Assembly (NCBI GenBank): GCA_031414775.1 | Contig: JANOQI010000053.1 | Location: 1-24,179 of the forward strand | DNA: 24,179 nucleotides | Reading direction: 5' to 3' | DNA from: Synechococcales cyanobacterium VAR_4_metabat_354 | Lineage (GTDB): Bacteria > Cyanobacteriota > Cyanobacteriia > Cyanobacteriales > Chamaesiphonaceae | Program-made: the position numbers and the translations under genes | In this document: positions 1 to 7,926 of the stretch, one piece after another | How positions within the stretch are numbered: the stretch's first letter is position 1 | Layout: the number at the start of each line of letters is the position of its first letter | Notes under the pieces: model-generated | Database searches by the model: none | What the model saw: the letters and a program-made list of their open reading frames with translations, nothing else | What the model was told of the DNA's origin: nothing

Positions 1-143
1 CAAGCCCTGATGCTCTCGTAGGCTCGATATTTATTTCAATGTCTGGATTATCCCAGACATTGAAATAAATCCCAATTCCTGAATTAAAGGTGCTGAAAGC
101 CTTGCAGCCTCGTCAAAAAAACTGTCCGGAGTATTGATTAAAC

Positions 144-859
144 ATGTTGAACAAAAGCTTGAATCGTCGCTGTCTCATAATATTCAGCATATTTCTACTA
201 TCACAGCTGACTATAGCTTGTCGTGGACAGCAACAACTTTTCTCTAATTCTGCTGCCGACTCCAGCCCCGCGTTAGCCAAAGGCATTAATCTAGATCCAT
301 CGATCGCCCTGCTATTTCCGCCCCGGGAGTGCAAACTGTGGTGTTGGCGGGTGGCTGTTTTTGGGGTGTGGAAGCAGTATTTGAAAAGCTGAAAGGGGTT
401 TCGGCTGTTGTCTCCGGTTTTGCGGGTGGCACGGCAGATACGGCGAACTATGATGCGGTCAGCAGTGGCCAAACTGCTCATGCGGAAGCAGTAAAAATCA
501 CCTACGATCCTCAACAAATTTCCTTGGGTCAGTTGTTGAAAATTTACTTTTTGATTGCCCACGATCCCACGGAGATCGATCGACAGGGGCCAGATACGGG
601 CAAACAATATCGATCAGCGATCTTTTTTGCTAATTCTGACCAGCAAAAAGTGGCCAAAGCTTATATCGATCGACTAAACCAAGCAAAGGTTTTTCCCAAG
701 CCGATCGCTACTCAGTTAGTAGCCTTTGATAATTTCTATGTGGCTGAAGATTATCATCAAAACTTTATCGATCGTAATCCTAATTATCCCTATGTCGTGA
801 TCAATGATTTACCCAAAATTGCGCAGTTACGGCAGCAATTTTCCCATCTGATCCGATAA
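144..859 (+). pseudogene. msrA: Peptide-methionine (S)-S-oxide reductase MsrA, split by a frameshift between its lipoprotein signal (144..~305) and catalytic domain (329..859)
   Basis: ORF 329..859 has the MsrA motifs GGCFWG, GHAE-like AHAE, DRQGPDTGKQYRS and AEDYHQ. ORF 144..392 begins with a lipoprotein-like signal (…LLSQLTIAC). The two frames overlap at ~290-328. Confidence 0.85.
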
Positions 860-929
860 CAAAAATCATGCCAATTTACTTACATTTCATCATAAAAGCG
901 CCTCAAAAGATCTAGTTCTTATTTGCTGA

Positions 930-1337
930 TCACAACCAAGCAATTGCCTTTCTGGCAATTGCGAGATCTTCCTCAGCACTCGCTCCGCCAATCCCCAATC
1001 CACCAACGCAGAGCGACTCAATCATGATGGGCAAGCCACCCGCGAGCATACAAATATCAGCATTCTTGGCTAAATCAGCTGCTATGGCTGGCTCGCTCTG
1101 GCTCAGAGCCAGCAGTACGTGATTAGGCATTTGGAAATTATAAGCAGTAAGAGCTTTTCGGCGCGTGGAATCGATCGCCATATAAGGAACTGTATCCATC
1201 CGCGCAAAAGCAACTAAATGACCACCTGGATCGACGACCGTAATGGCAACCTCCACACCTAGTTGACGGGCTTTATCTAAAGCCTTGTCGATCAGTTTTT
1301 GGGCTATTTCTAGAGTGAGTTGTGAACTATTTAGCAA
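930..1337 (-). CDS. GlcG/HbpS-family haem-binding protein (DUF336)
   Basis: Motifs VAITVVDPGGHLVAFARMD, RRKALTA and GGLPI…GGLGIGGAS.EED are typical of the family. Confidence 0.9.
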   Translation of the reverse strand: MLNSSQLTLEIAQKLIDKALDKARQLGVEVAITVVDPGGHLVAFARMDTVPYMAIDSTRRKALTAYNFQMPNHVLLALSQSEPAIAADLAKNADICMLAGGLPIMIESLCVGGLGIGGASAEEDLAIARKAIAWL

Positions 1338-1734
1338 ATTATTACCTAAGTATTTTGTGATTGAGTATAGGGTTTGGATAGCCTACCTGTCTATATCATC
1401 GCCGTCCAGCAAATGTAAAATATCCATCAGCTTCTTGTAAGCGCTTATCTGCTTCCTTTAGCTTTTGCTGATCTACTGCGTGATTTCTCTTGCGCTCTTG
1501 TAATTGCTTAATTACCAAAGCAAGTGCGGTAGCTAATCGGACAGGAAAACAGTAAATATGTCATGGATATAAGCCGAAATTATTTACTCATAATATTAAT
1601 ATTGTCTGAAATAGCACCCATATATGCTGAAAATCAAAATTCTTTGAATCTTGCACCTAGATTGTATTGAAAGATGCAAATTTATACATCCCCACCAAAC
1701 TCTTGAAATATCGCCCCAACCAGAATGTAAAGCG

Positions 1735-1821
1735 ATCTAACGGCTCAAATCAGAGGCGGATAGTAACCTTGAACTCAGCACTAAGATCTCTCAACCGTCC
1801 GTTGCATTTGAATTGTTAGGC
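1735..1821 (-). repeat. Integron attC site (attC1, 87 bp)
   Basis: Minus strand reads GCCTAAC (R'', RYYYAAC)…GTTAGAT (R', GTTRRRY). The arms pair (CAAAT/ATTTG, CGG/CCG) with two unpaired bases on one arm. The brnA stop codon TAA lies inside R''. Confidence 0.85.
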
Positions 1822-2109
1822 TGATTGACGTATACCAGCAACATTTTTCTGCGCTTCTGCATAGATTCGCAAAGCAGCAGCCATATGTTGTTCGGCTTCT
1901 TCCCCTTTCGATTGGAACCACGATAATGTCTCAGGATCAACACGGATAGCAACAGTTGCGAGCGGAGAAGAGGGGATTCGCAATTTTGCGTTTGAGAAAA
2001 ACTCGTCAGTAAGAGGCGGGATATCAGACGTGTCAATCTCATCATCTGACATTGCATCAACCCTAGCCCAATCCGTTCTTGAGGTATTGCTCATAATTTT
2101 TCCTTTCAT
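1816..2109 (-). CDS. brnA: BrnA-family antitoxin
   Basis: SRTDWARVDAMSDDEIDTSDIPPLTDEFF plus C-terminal VAIRVDPETLSWF. Overlaps brnT. Confidence 0.9.
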   Translation of the reverse strand: MKGKIMSNTSRTDWARVDAMSDDEIDTSDIPPLTDEFFSNAKLRIPSSPLATVAIRVDPETLSWFQSKGEEAEQHMAAALRIYAEAQKNVAGIRQSA

Positions 2110-2350
2110 GTGAGAGAGCTTTTCTGAGTGAAATAATACGAACTATGTTTCCATCAGGCTCGGTGTAAACTACTACCACCACACGCCCATCTAGCATTCC
2201 AGTTCCAATCCATCGTTCTTCACCATAATCGTCACGTTCATCAATCTCAACGGCCATTGGCAAATCAAAGATGCGATAAGCGTCCGCAAAATCGAAGCCG
2301 TGCTTGTCAATATTAACCTCATTTTTTCTCTCGTCCCATTCAAAATTCAT
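2063..2350 (-). CDS. brnT: BrnT-family toxin
   Basis: MNFEWDERKNEVNIDKHGFDF…DYGEERW…RIISLRKA signature. Confidence 0.93.
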   Translation of the reverse strand: MNFEWDERKNEVNIDKHGFDFADAYRIFDLPMAVEIDERDDYGEERWIGTGMLDGRVVVVVYTEPDGNIVRIISLRKALSHERKNYEQYLKNGLG

Positions 2351-2407
2351 TTACTCGACTCACCACACTCAGATAATGTAGCAGACGGAGGTTCATGTTT
2401 TATGTGG

Positions 2408-2782
2408 TCATGGCTGATATGGTGTGCCTTGATGAAACCTCATGATCCAACCACTTTCTGTCCGCGACCAAATAGAACTTCGTCTGGCGTATTCTACAAT
2501 GCTATCGTACTCAACCTGACTATTATAAGTAACCTGCGCTGTATTTTGAGCGAGCAGACGAATAGCAAGATTCGGCAGAGGAATTACCGCGTGGATTGGC
2601 TGCGAGTCTAATTGAATAATCCGATCGCGGGTGTAAACTCGTCCCGATCTGCCGAACTCAAAAAAATCGGCTGCGAACCGCTGTTCTTGAAAAGTTCGAT
2701 CAAAGCGCGTGAACTCGCGCCACATATCTTCTTCGAGCCGAGTTAGGATTACATGATCTTCTTCAGAAAGGAGGAGAGGCAT
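2408..2782 (-). CDS. DUF4440 / NTF2-like protein (first gene of a cassette)
   Basis: DFFEFGRSGRVY…RSSIW…WIMRFHQGT motif. Starts 30 bp after the R' box of attC2. Confidence 0.85.
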   Translation of the reverse strand: MPLLLSEEDHVILTRLEEDMWREFTRFDRTFQEQRFAADFFEFGRSGRVYTRDRIIQLDSQPIHAVIPLPNLAIRLLAQNTAQVTYNSQVEYDSIVEYARRSSIWSRTESGWIMRFHQGTPYQP

Positions 2783-2812
2783 GATTGGATTGGGAAGAAG
2801 TGTGTGGTTGAG

Positions 2813-2891
2813 GTCTAACGGCTCCGTTCACCCGCCGTAAACAATCTCTCAAACTCAACCAGCCAACTTGATACGGTCGGGTGCAGGGGAG
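2813..2891 (-). repeat. attC2, larger part (interrupted by the IS110 element; remainder at 4679..4687)
   Basis: + strand GTCTAAC-GGCTCCGTTCACCCGCCGTA…TACGGTCGGGTGCAGGGGAG. Same layout as attC1, including TCTAACGGCTC and unpaired T and C. Joining it to AT-GTCGGGC restores an 88-bp attC. Confidence 0.8.
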
Positions 2892-2910
2892 ACGACCACT
2901 AGAAAGACAG

Positions 2911-2968
2911 AGGAGACGACCATGCATGCGGCGACAGATTCATGTCTACTAACATATCGTTCGCTCCT
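2911..2968 (+). ncRNA. Extra target-binding-loop module (TBL-A) of a putative bridge RNA
   Basis: AGGAG/CTCCT and ACGA/TCGT stems; internal loop CCA-TGCATGCGGC // TACTAACATA; capping hairpin GACA-gattca-TGTC. Confidence 0.72.
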
Positions 2969-3016
2969 TACCCATAATTCTAAACCAGTTGAAGAAAAGC
3001 TTTAATTAAAAAAGCG

Positions 3017-3186
3017 GGAGAGATTGCCAGGATTAGAGGACGACCATGCAACGGAAGTCACTAGATGACTACTAACATATCGTATCGCCTCTAACTCTTT
3101 ATCCTACTCTCTTAACGAATTCTCAGGGAACAAGGAATCAACCTTTTCCATAATCTATTCGCGTGTGCAGGCGGCAAGCTCTCTCC
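3017..3186 (+). ncRNA. Putative IS110 bridge RNA (target loop 3033..3094, donor loop 3116..3161)
   Basis: Outer stem GGAGAGA-TTGCC / GGCAA-gc-TCTCTCC. Target loop guides TGCAACGGAA // TACTAACATA. Donor loop CGAAT/ATTCG and AAGG/CCTT stems with guide CTCAGGGA, identical to the IS right end (4669..4676). Confidence 0.82.
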
Positions 3187-3217
3187 GTACCATCAAAATC
3201 AATGGGATTAATCTACC

Positions 3218-4489
3218 ATGAGTATCGAAAACTATGTTGCCTATATCGGCATTGACTGGGCAGATCGTAAACACGATATTGCTCTCTATGATTGTGCCTC
3301 AGACACTTGGCAAGAATACATCATCAAAACCCGTCCCCAAGACATCTTAGATTGGGTCAATCAATTACGAACACGTTATGGAGAGGGACAAATTGCTGTA
3401 GCTATGGAACAGAAAAGAGGCCCTTTGCTATACGCCCTGTGCCAGTATGATAACTTGGTTCTCTTTCCTATCAATCCTCGCACCGTTGCCAACTACCGCA
3501 AAGCTTTCCAGCCTTCACGAGCTAAGTCTGATCCTGTCGATGCCCGTCTGCTAGTTGAATTGATGCAAAAGCATCCAGATAAGTTGGAGCGTTGGATCGC
3601 TGGCTGTCCTCGCACCCGTGCCCTCAGACAATGGGTCGAATCACGGCGGATGTTGGTAGGCGAGAAAGTCAGACTGACTAATCGCATCACGGCATCGCTC
3701 AAGTCTTATTTTCCTCAAGTCCTGGATTGGTTTGAGGATAAAGACACTCTGGTCTTTTGCGCTTTCATGGAACAGTTTCCCTCTGTGAAGGCCGCGCAAG
3801 CGGCAACCCCGGAACAATTAACCCAATTCTTTCGCTCTCATCAGGCTGGACGTAAAAGTGCTATTGCCCGTCGCATCCAACAAATCCAAGAAGCAGGACC
3901 TCCCCTGACAAACGATGAGGCTATTGTAGTTCCAGCCCAAGCGTTGACCTGTGCCTTGATTACCCTCCTGAAGGTAATTCTCACTCAACTGACAGAATTC
4001 AATGCCAAGATTACAGCTCTCTTTGAAACCATTCCTGATGCTGAATTATTCTCTACTTTGCCGGGAGCCGGGCCTCATCTAGCTCCCCGACTACTGGTCG
4101 CATTTGGCGCAGAAAGAAGTCGCTTTACTTCTGCTCAAGCCTTTATGAGTTATGTTGGCATTGCTCCTGTTAAAGAGGAAAGTGGCAAGAAACGATGGGT
4201 TCATTGGCGATGGTCTTGTCCTATTTTCCTCCGACAAACTTTCGTTGAATGGGTTAATCAATCTAGACGTTTTTCTTCTTGGTCACAAGCTTTTTACCAA
4301 CAGCAAAAACGCGCTGGAAAGACTCATCAAAAGGCTATTCGAGCACTGGCTTACAAGTGGGGGAGAATTCTTTGGCGTTGCTGGAAAGATAATATAGCTT
4401 ACGATGAGGAGAAGTACCTAGCTGCTTTAACACAAAAGAATTCGCCTCTTATCAAGTTGATGGAGTTTGAAAACAAAGAGCAACAATAA
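3218..4489 (+). CDS. IS110-family transposase/recombinase
   Basis: RuvC-like DEDD residues (YIGIDW, AMEQ, KSDPVD). C-terminal Tnp domain STLPGAG…FTSAQAFMSYVGIAP.KEESGK with the conserved serine. Confidence 0.96.
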   Translation: MSIENYVAYIGIDWADRKHDIALYDCASDTWQEYIIKTRPQDILDWVNQLRTRYGEGQIAVAMEQKRGPLLYALCQYDNLVLFPINPRTVANYRKAFQPSRAKSDPVDARLLVELMQKHPDKLERWIAGCPRTRALRQWVESRRMLVGEKVRLTNRITASLKSYFPQVLDWFEDKDTLVFCAFMEQFPSVKAAQAATPEQLTQFFRSHQAGRKSAIARRIQQIQEAGPPLTNDEAIVVPAQALTCALITLLKVILTQLTEFNAKITALFETIPDAELFSTLPGAGPHLAPRLLVAFGAERSRFTSAQAFMSYVGIAPVKEESGKKRWVHWRWSCPIFLRQTFVEWVNQSRRFSSWSQAFYQQQKRAGKTHQKAIRALAYKWGRILWRCWKDNIAYDEEKYLAALTQKNSPLIKLMEFENKEQQ

Positions 4490-4678
4490 CCTTCGGGAAC
4501 GGAATTAATTTAATTCATCAATTGCAATAAAATAGAAAATCCAAAGAATCTGTTTTGAGGTCAAGCTAATATTTTACAACTCACTTACAGGTAGGTTTCT
4601 TGTGGTTAAATAACTATGAAAATATAGTTAAAAAAGATGTTCAACTTTTACTATTGACTTCCGTCTACCTCAGGGACT

Positions 4679-4687
4679 ATGTCGGGC
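4679..4687 (-). repeat. attC2 remainder (R'' box GCCCGAC)
   Basis: AT-GTCGGGC directly follows the IS right end and corresponds to TT-GTTAGGC of attC1. It lies ~40 bp downstream of the 4727..5095 gene. Confidence 0.7.
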
Positions 4688-4726
4688 TGCTGAGAGTCAA
4701 GCAAGCACATCCGAAATCTACAGCCT

Positions 4727-5095
4727 CTAGTACGATCTCAACTTATAAACTGGCTCAATTGATACAACATTAGGATCATCCTCTAGGCGATTCAATATCT
4801 CACGGGGGATATTTGCAGTGAATATTGACGGACTAACTTGAGTACGAATCTCAACGCCAGAAGGTACATACCCCTCTGTGGAAACCTTCACTGTTGCCAC
4901 CAGAAAAGCTTCTCGATTCAAATCTCTAAGAGCTTCTCCACTTAACTTCAGCTTTGAATTTCCAGGGGGAACGTATTCAACCCTATACTGTGAGGTATTG
5001 TCATGTTTGTCTGAAGACATAGCGTATTTAGAGATAGGAAGAACTAGTATCAACGTTGAAACTATTACAATTATAGCTTTGTGCCATCTTTTCAT
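4727..5095 (-). CDS. Signal-peptide/TM protein resembling a stand-alone subtilase prodomain (I9-like)
   Basis: Hydrophobic N-terminus. The C-terminus IFTANIPREILNRLEDDPNVVSIEPVYKLR aligns by eye with the adjacent protease prodomain. Confidence 0.65.
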   Translation of the reverse strand: MKRWHKAIIVIVSTLILVLPISKYAMSSDKHDNTSQYRVEYVPPGNSKLKLSGEALRDLNREAFLVATVKVSTEGYVPSGVEIRTQVSPSIFTANIPREILNRLEDDPNVVSIEPVYKLRSY

Positions 5096-5105
5096 GGTTC
5101 AACTT

Positions 5106-6902
5106 CTATGGTAAATCACGAACCTTCTGTACTGATGCGCTTGCGTCCACTCTTCCCATTCCATAGCGGTCATTCCAGGCTGTACTAGGAGGATTGGATC
5201 GAGCAGTCTTAACTAAAATATCGCGGATCTGGTCAACAGTCAGATTTTTATTCAGACTATGGGCTTCAGCAAGTATCAGGGCTATGACTCCAGTGACAGC
5301 GGGAGCAGCCATGCTTGTTCCCGACATGCGAGTAACCCCGACGCGAGTTGAAGAATTTGCAGCGAATACATTGTGTCCAGGTGCGCTGATTTCCGGCTTT
5401 TGTCGTCCATCTCTGGTTGGACCAGCACTAGAAAAATGAGATAAAGGTTGCCCAGAAGTGTGGGCATCATATGAACCGACGACTATGCTTTGATTGCCGC
5501 AAGAGATACTGCCAAGAGTATGAGAGTTATTGTGAGGTGGAGCAAAACTAGATTGTCCTCTATCATCGCGCTCTATCCAAGCATGAAACTGACCATCTGC
5601 AATGTTCACGCCATGCAAACGAAGCGTAATTTGTGGAGGGAGAGATGAAGCCATAAACTCAGTGTTCATAAAGATCCCAATTGTATTATCTCCATTGTTG
5701 GGATCTCCCTTGCGGTGAGCAACAAAAAAGAGCAAATCGTTTGCCTGATTGAGAATTCGAGCTGATGCACCTAAATCTATTTCACCGATACTCTGGTCAT
5801 TCTGATCAATCAGCTCTAATTTCAGATGATCGTCCTTGCCATACCAAATTTCGAGCTCATTATGAGTAAAATCGAACTGACCAATTTTCCAGACAAGATC
5901 GATAAAGCTTCCTTGCACAACCTTATTACTGGCATGAATGCCATCTTCATATGAGTTGCTAGCCGCAATGACGACGGAACGATTAGGTTTAGCCGTAACA
6001 ACTGCATCAATTCCTTGTTCAACTAGGCTGGTTCCATCATGAGCACCACCATTTGTTCCTAGGCTGATATTAATACTACAAGGGCGATTTCCCGCTTGCT
6101 CAAAGATAAATTGAATGGCTTCTAAAAGTTGTACTGAACCCCCGAAATTAGAGTTGACAACATCTGGACTTCCCCACGGAATGTCACTAGTACTGATTTG
6201 CACAAAGATTATGTCTGCTTGGGGCGCAACACCGGGTACGCTACTACCACCACCATTCCCACAGGCAATATCCATGACATGAGTTCCATGACTCGCCCTT
6301 CCTGGATCATGTCCTAAACTTGTGTAAGGGTCAACTGAGCGTAAAGCTGCATTGATTTCAGTTTGTGTATAAACCTGACCATATCCTAAATGGCTAGATG
6401 CACCAGGTAAAACAGCCTGATCCCAAAAAGACAATATGCGTGTGCTGCCATCAGGGTTACGAAAGTTACGATGGGCAAAATCACATCCATAGTCAATGAT
6501 GCCAACAACAACACCTTTTCCTTGTTGTCCTTGAGCAAGAGGTGGCAGCAAATCTGCTTTGGCTTTTATTTCTTCAGTGGTTGACTTTAGTTCTGGCTTA
6601 AGAACTTGAGATGCTTTGAGACTTTGAACATACGGAAGTTGTCGCAGTATTTCTATTCGATCAAGCGGTACTCTTGCAGTAACAATATGAGAACCATCAG
6701 GAGTAGTTCCTAGATCGGCTCCTGCAAAAACTTCGCTTCGGTTCTGCCAGCTTGTTAGATCAGAAATCTTGGCAATAACAGCAATTTCTCCTTTTGCGGT
6801 TGAGGCGGTAGCAGAGAGAACCATTCCTCTAGCTCTACGATCTAGATGTAACTGTATTCTTGGATCGATGTCAGTGAAGGCTTGTTGCAATTGTACACGC
6901 AT
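5106..6902 (-). CDS. S8 (subtilisin-like) serine protease, CspA-like architecture
   Basis: Intact triad: GIIDYG, SHGTHV, SGTSMAAP. N-terminal prodomain and a long insertion between His and Ser. No obvious signal peptide. Confidence 0.93.
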   Translation of the reverse strand: MRVQLQQAFTDIDPRIQLHLDRRARGMVLSATASTAKGEIAVIAKISDLTSWQNRSEVFAGADLGTTPDGSHIVTARVPLDRIEILRQLPYVQSLKASQVLKPELKSTTEEIKAKADLLPPLAQGQQGKGVVVGIIDYGCDFAHRNFRNPDGSTRILSFWDQAVLPGASSHLGYGQVYTQTEINAALRSVDPYTSLGHDPGRASHGTHVMDIACGNGGGSSVPGVAPQADIIFVQISTSDIPWGSPDVVNSNFGGSVQLLEAIQFIFEQAGNRPCSINISLGTNGGAHDGTSLVEQGIDAVVTAKPNRSVVIAASNSYEDGIHASNKVVQGSFIDLVWKIGQFDFTHNELEIWYGKDDHLKLELIDQNDQSIGEIDLGASARILNQANDLLFFVAHRKGDPNNGDNTIGIFMNTEFMASSLPPQITLRLHGVNIADGQFHAWIERDDRGQSSFAPPHNNSHTLGSISCGNQSIVVGSYDAHTSGQPLSHFSSAGPTRDGRQKPEISAPGHNVFAANSSTRVGVTRMSGTSMAAPAVTGVIALILAEAHSLNKNLTVDQIRDILVKTARSNPPSTAWNDRYGMGRVDASASVQKVRDLP

Positions 6903-6995
6903 AATAATACCTGTTTTTCAGCTTTCCTATTTTATCAGGGTTAATTCATCCATACCTCATCTGAGATACTTCTTGATTCAGTCGTGAATTGAAGT

Positions 6996-7193
6996 CTAAT
7001 TAGCTGCAAAGAAAATGTTAGACCCTGGAAAAACTTCGTCATCAAGAACTGGTGGAATCAAAAAAATTCCAGCAGCACGAACTGAAAGAAAGCGATCCAT
7101 GCCTGCTATCGGGACAGTAGGATCACCACCAAAGTTCGTGCCACCAAGCCATTTTGACTGTGTTATGATACGACGCAGCCTTTCAGGAGTATC
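6996..7193 (-). pseudogene. 3' remnant (65 codons) of a probable Dyp-type peroxidase gene
   Basis: Own translation: DTPERLRRIITQSKWLGGTNFGGDPTVPIAGMDRFLSVRAAGIFLIPPVLDDEVFPGSNIFFAAN*. The frame opens right after a TAA with no upstream start. FLSVRAAGIFLIPP resembles the Dyp C-terminal 'FV..rGG.YFF.P' strand. Confidence 0.5.
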
Positions 7194-7248
7194 TTAATAA
7201 TTATGATACTAAAATATACTAAAAACCAGCTGTATCAGTGCTTTTAAG

Positions 7249-7926
7249 ATGAAATTAGTGGGCTATATTCGGGTATCAACGAATTCTCAGGCTGAAAACA
7301 CCTCTTTGCCAGAACAGAGGGAGAAAATCGAAGCTTACTGTAATGCTTTCGGTCATCAGCTAGTCGAAATTTTTGAAGAGGTACAGTCCGGCAAGGATTC
7401 AGCTGGCCGACCAATATTTGCTCAAGCCTTGCAGTCAGTCAAAACCAAAGCTGATGGTATCGTGGCCGTGAAGCTCGATCGGATCGCCAGAAATACTCGC
7501 GATGTTTTGGCACTGGTTGAAGATGTCTTGAAGCCTGATGATAAGTCTTTGGTATTACTGGATATTCAAGTTGATACCTCTACTGCGATCGGCAAGATGA
7601 TTTTGACCGTGATGGCTGCTGTAGCTTCTTTGGAGCGGGATACAATTATCGAGCGTACCCAAGGTGGGCGCAAAGCTAAAGCCAGTGGTGGTGGATATGC
7701 TTATGGCTCTCCGCAGTTTGGTAAGCGATCGATCGACAATGAATTAGTGGCCCATCATGGCGAGCTGGAGACCATTGAAATTATTAGGAGGCATCGCAAG
7801 TCCGGTAAGAGCTATCAGTCGATCGCAAAGTATCTCAACGAACATGGCATCAAAAGTAAGCGGGGTGGGCGTTGGCACCCGGAGACGGTTAGTGCAGTTT
7901 GTAAGCGACAGGCTATAAAAGTATGA
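7249..7926 (+). CDS. Serine recombinase (resolvase family with C-terminal DNA-binding domain)
   Basis: GYIRVST (catalytic Ser), SGKD..GRP, KLDRIAR, GKMILTVMAAVASLER motifs. Confidence 0.95.
   Translation: MKLVGYIRVSTNSQAENTSLPEQREKIEAYCNAFGHQLVEIFEEVQSGKDSAGRPIFAQALQSVKTKADGIVAVKLDRIARNTRDVLALVEDVLKPDDKSLVLLDIQVDTSTAIGKMILTVMAAVASLERDTIIERTQGGRKAKASGGGYAYGSPQFGKRSIDNELVAHHGELETIEIIRRHRKSGKSYQSIAKYLNEHGIKSKRGGRWHPETVSAVCKRQAIKV

Larger units (their letters stand above)
2888..4680 (+). mobile_element. IS110-family insertion sequence inserted in attC2
   Basis: DEDD recombinase with a ~330-bp structured left end and a ~190-bp right end ending …CTCAGGGACTAT. The flanks rejoin into an attC. No long TIR or TSD. 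Confidence 0.85.

Noticed and set aside
1396..1560. Minus-strand frame …LALVIKQLQERKRNHAVDQQKLKEADKRLQEADGYFTFAGRR*
   Set aside because: Short, with no convincing start or recognisable family.
1583..1611. dif-like site (TTTACTCATAA-N6-…)
   Set aside because: The second arm does not match a Xer box, and the region is AT-rich.
1798..1807. 10-nt identity of guide B (ATGCAACGGA) with the minus strand of attC1
   Set aside because: Wrong orientation relative to the R-box guide. Probably a by-product of the TGCA palindrome and attC symmetry.
2351..2407. Possible attC between DUF4440 and brnT
   Set aside because: Only ACCACA/TGTGGT pairs. There are no proper R boxes, so it is more likely the TA promoter region.
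2888..3094. GACGACCA…CTACTAACATATCGT repeats as a CRISPR mini-array
   Set aside because: The variable part is only ~10 nt inside a fold-back unit, there are no regular spacers and no cas genes. A bridge-RNA loop explains it better.
4654..4680. TTGACT near the IS right end as the -35 of a circle-junction promoter
   Set aside because: Plausible for IS110, but the predicted junction gives only a poor -10 (TATGGA), so it is not supported.
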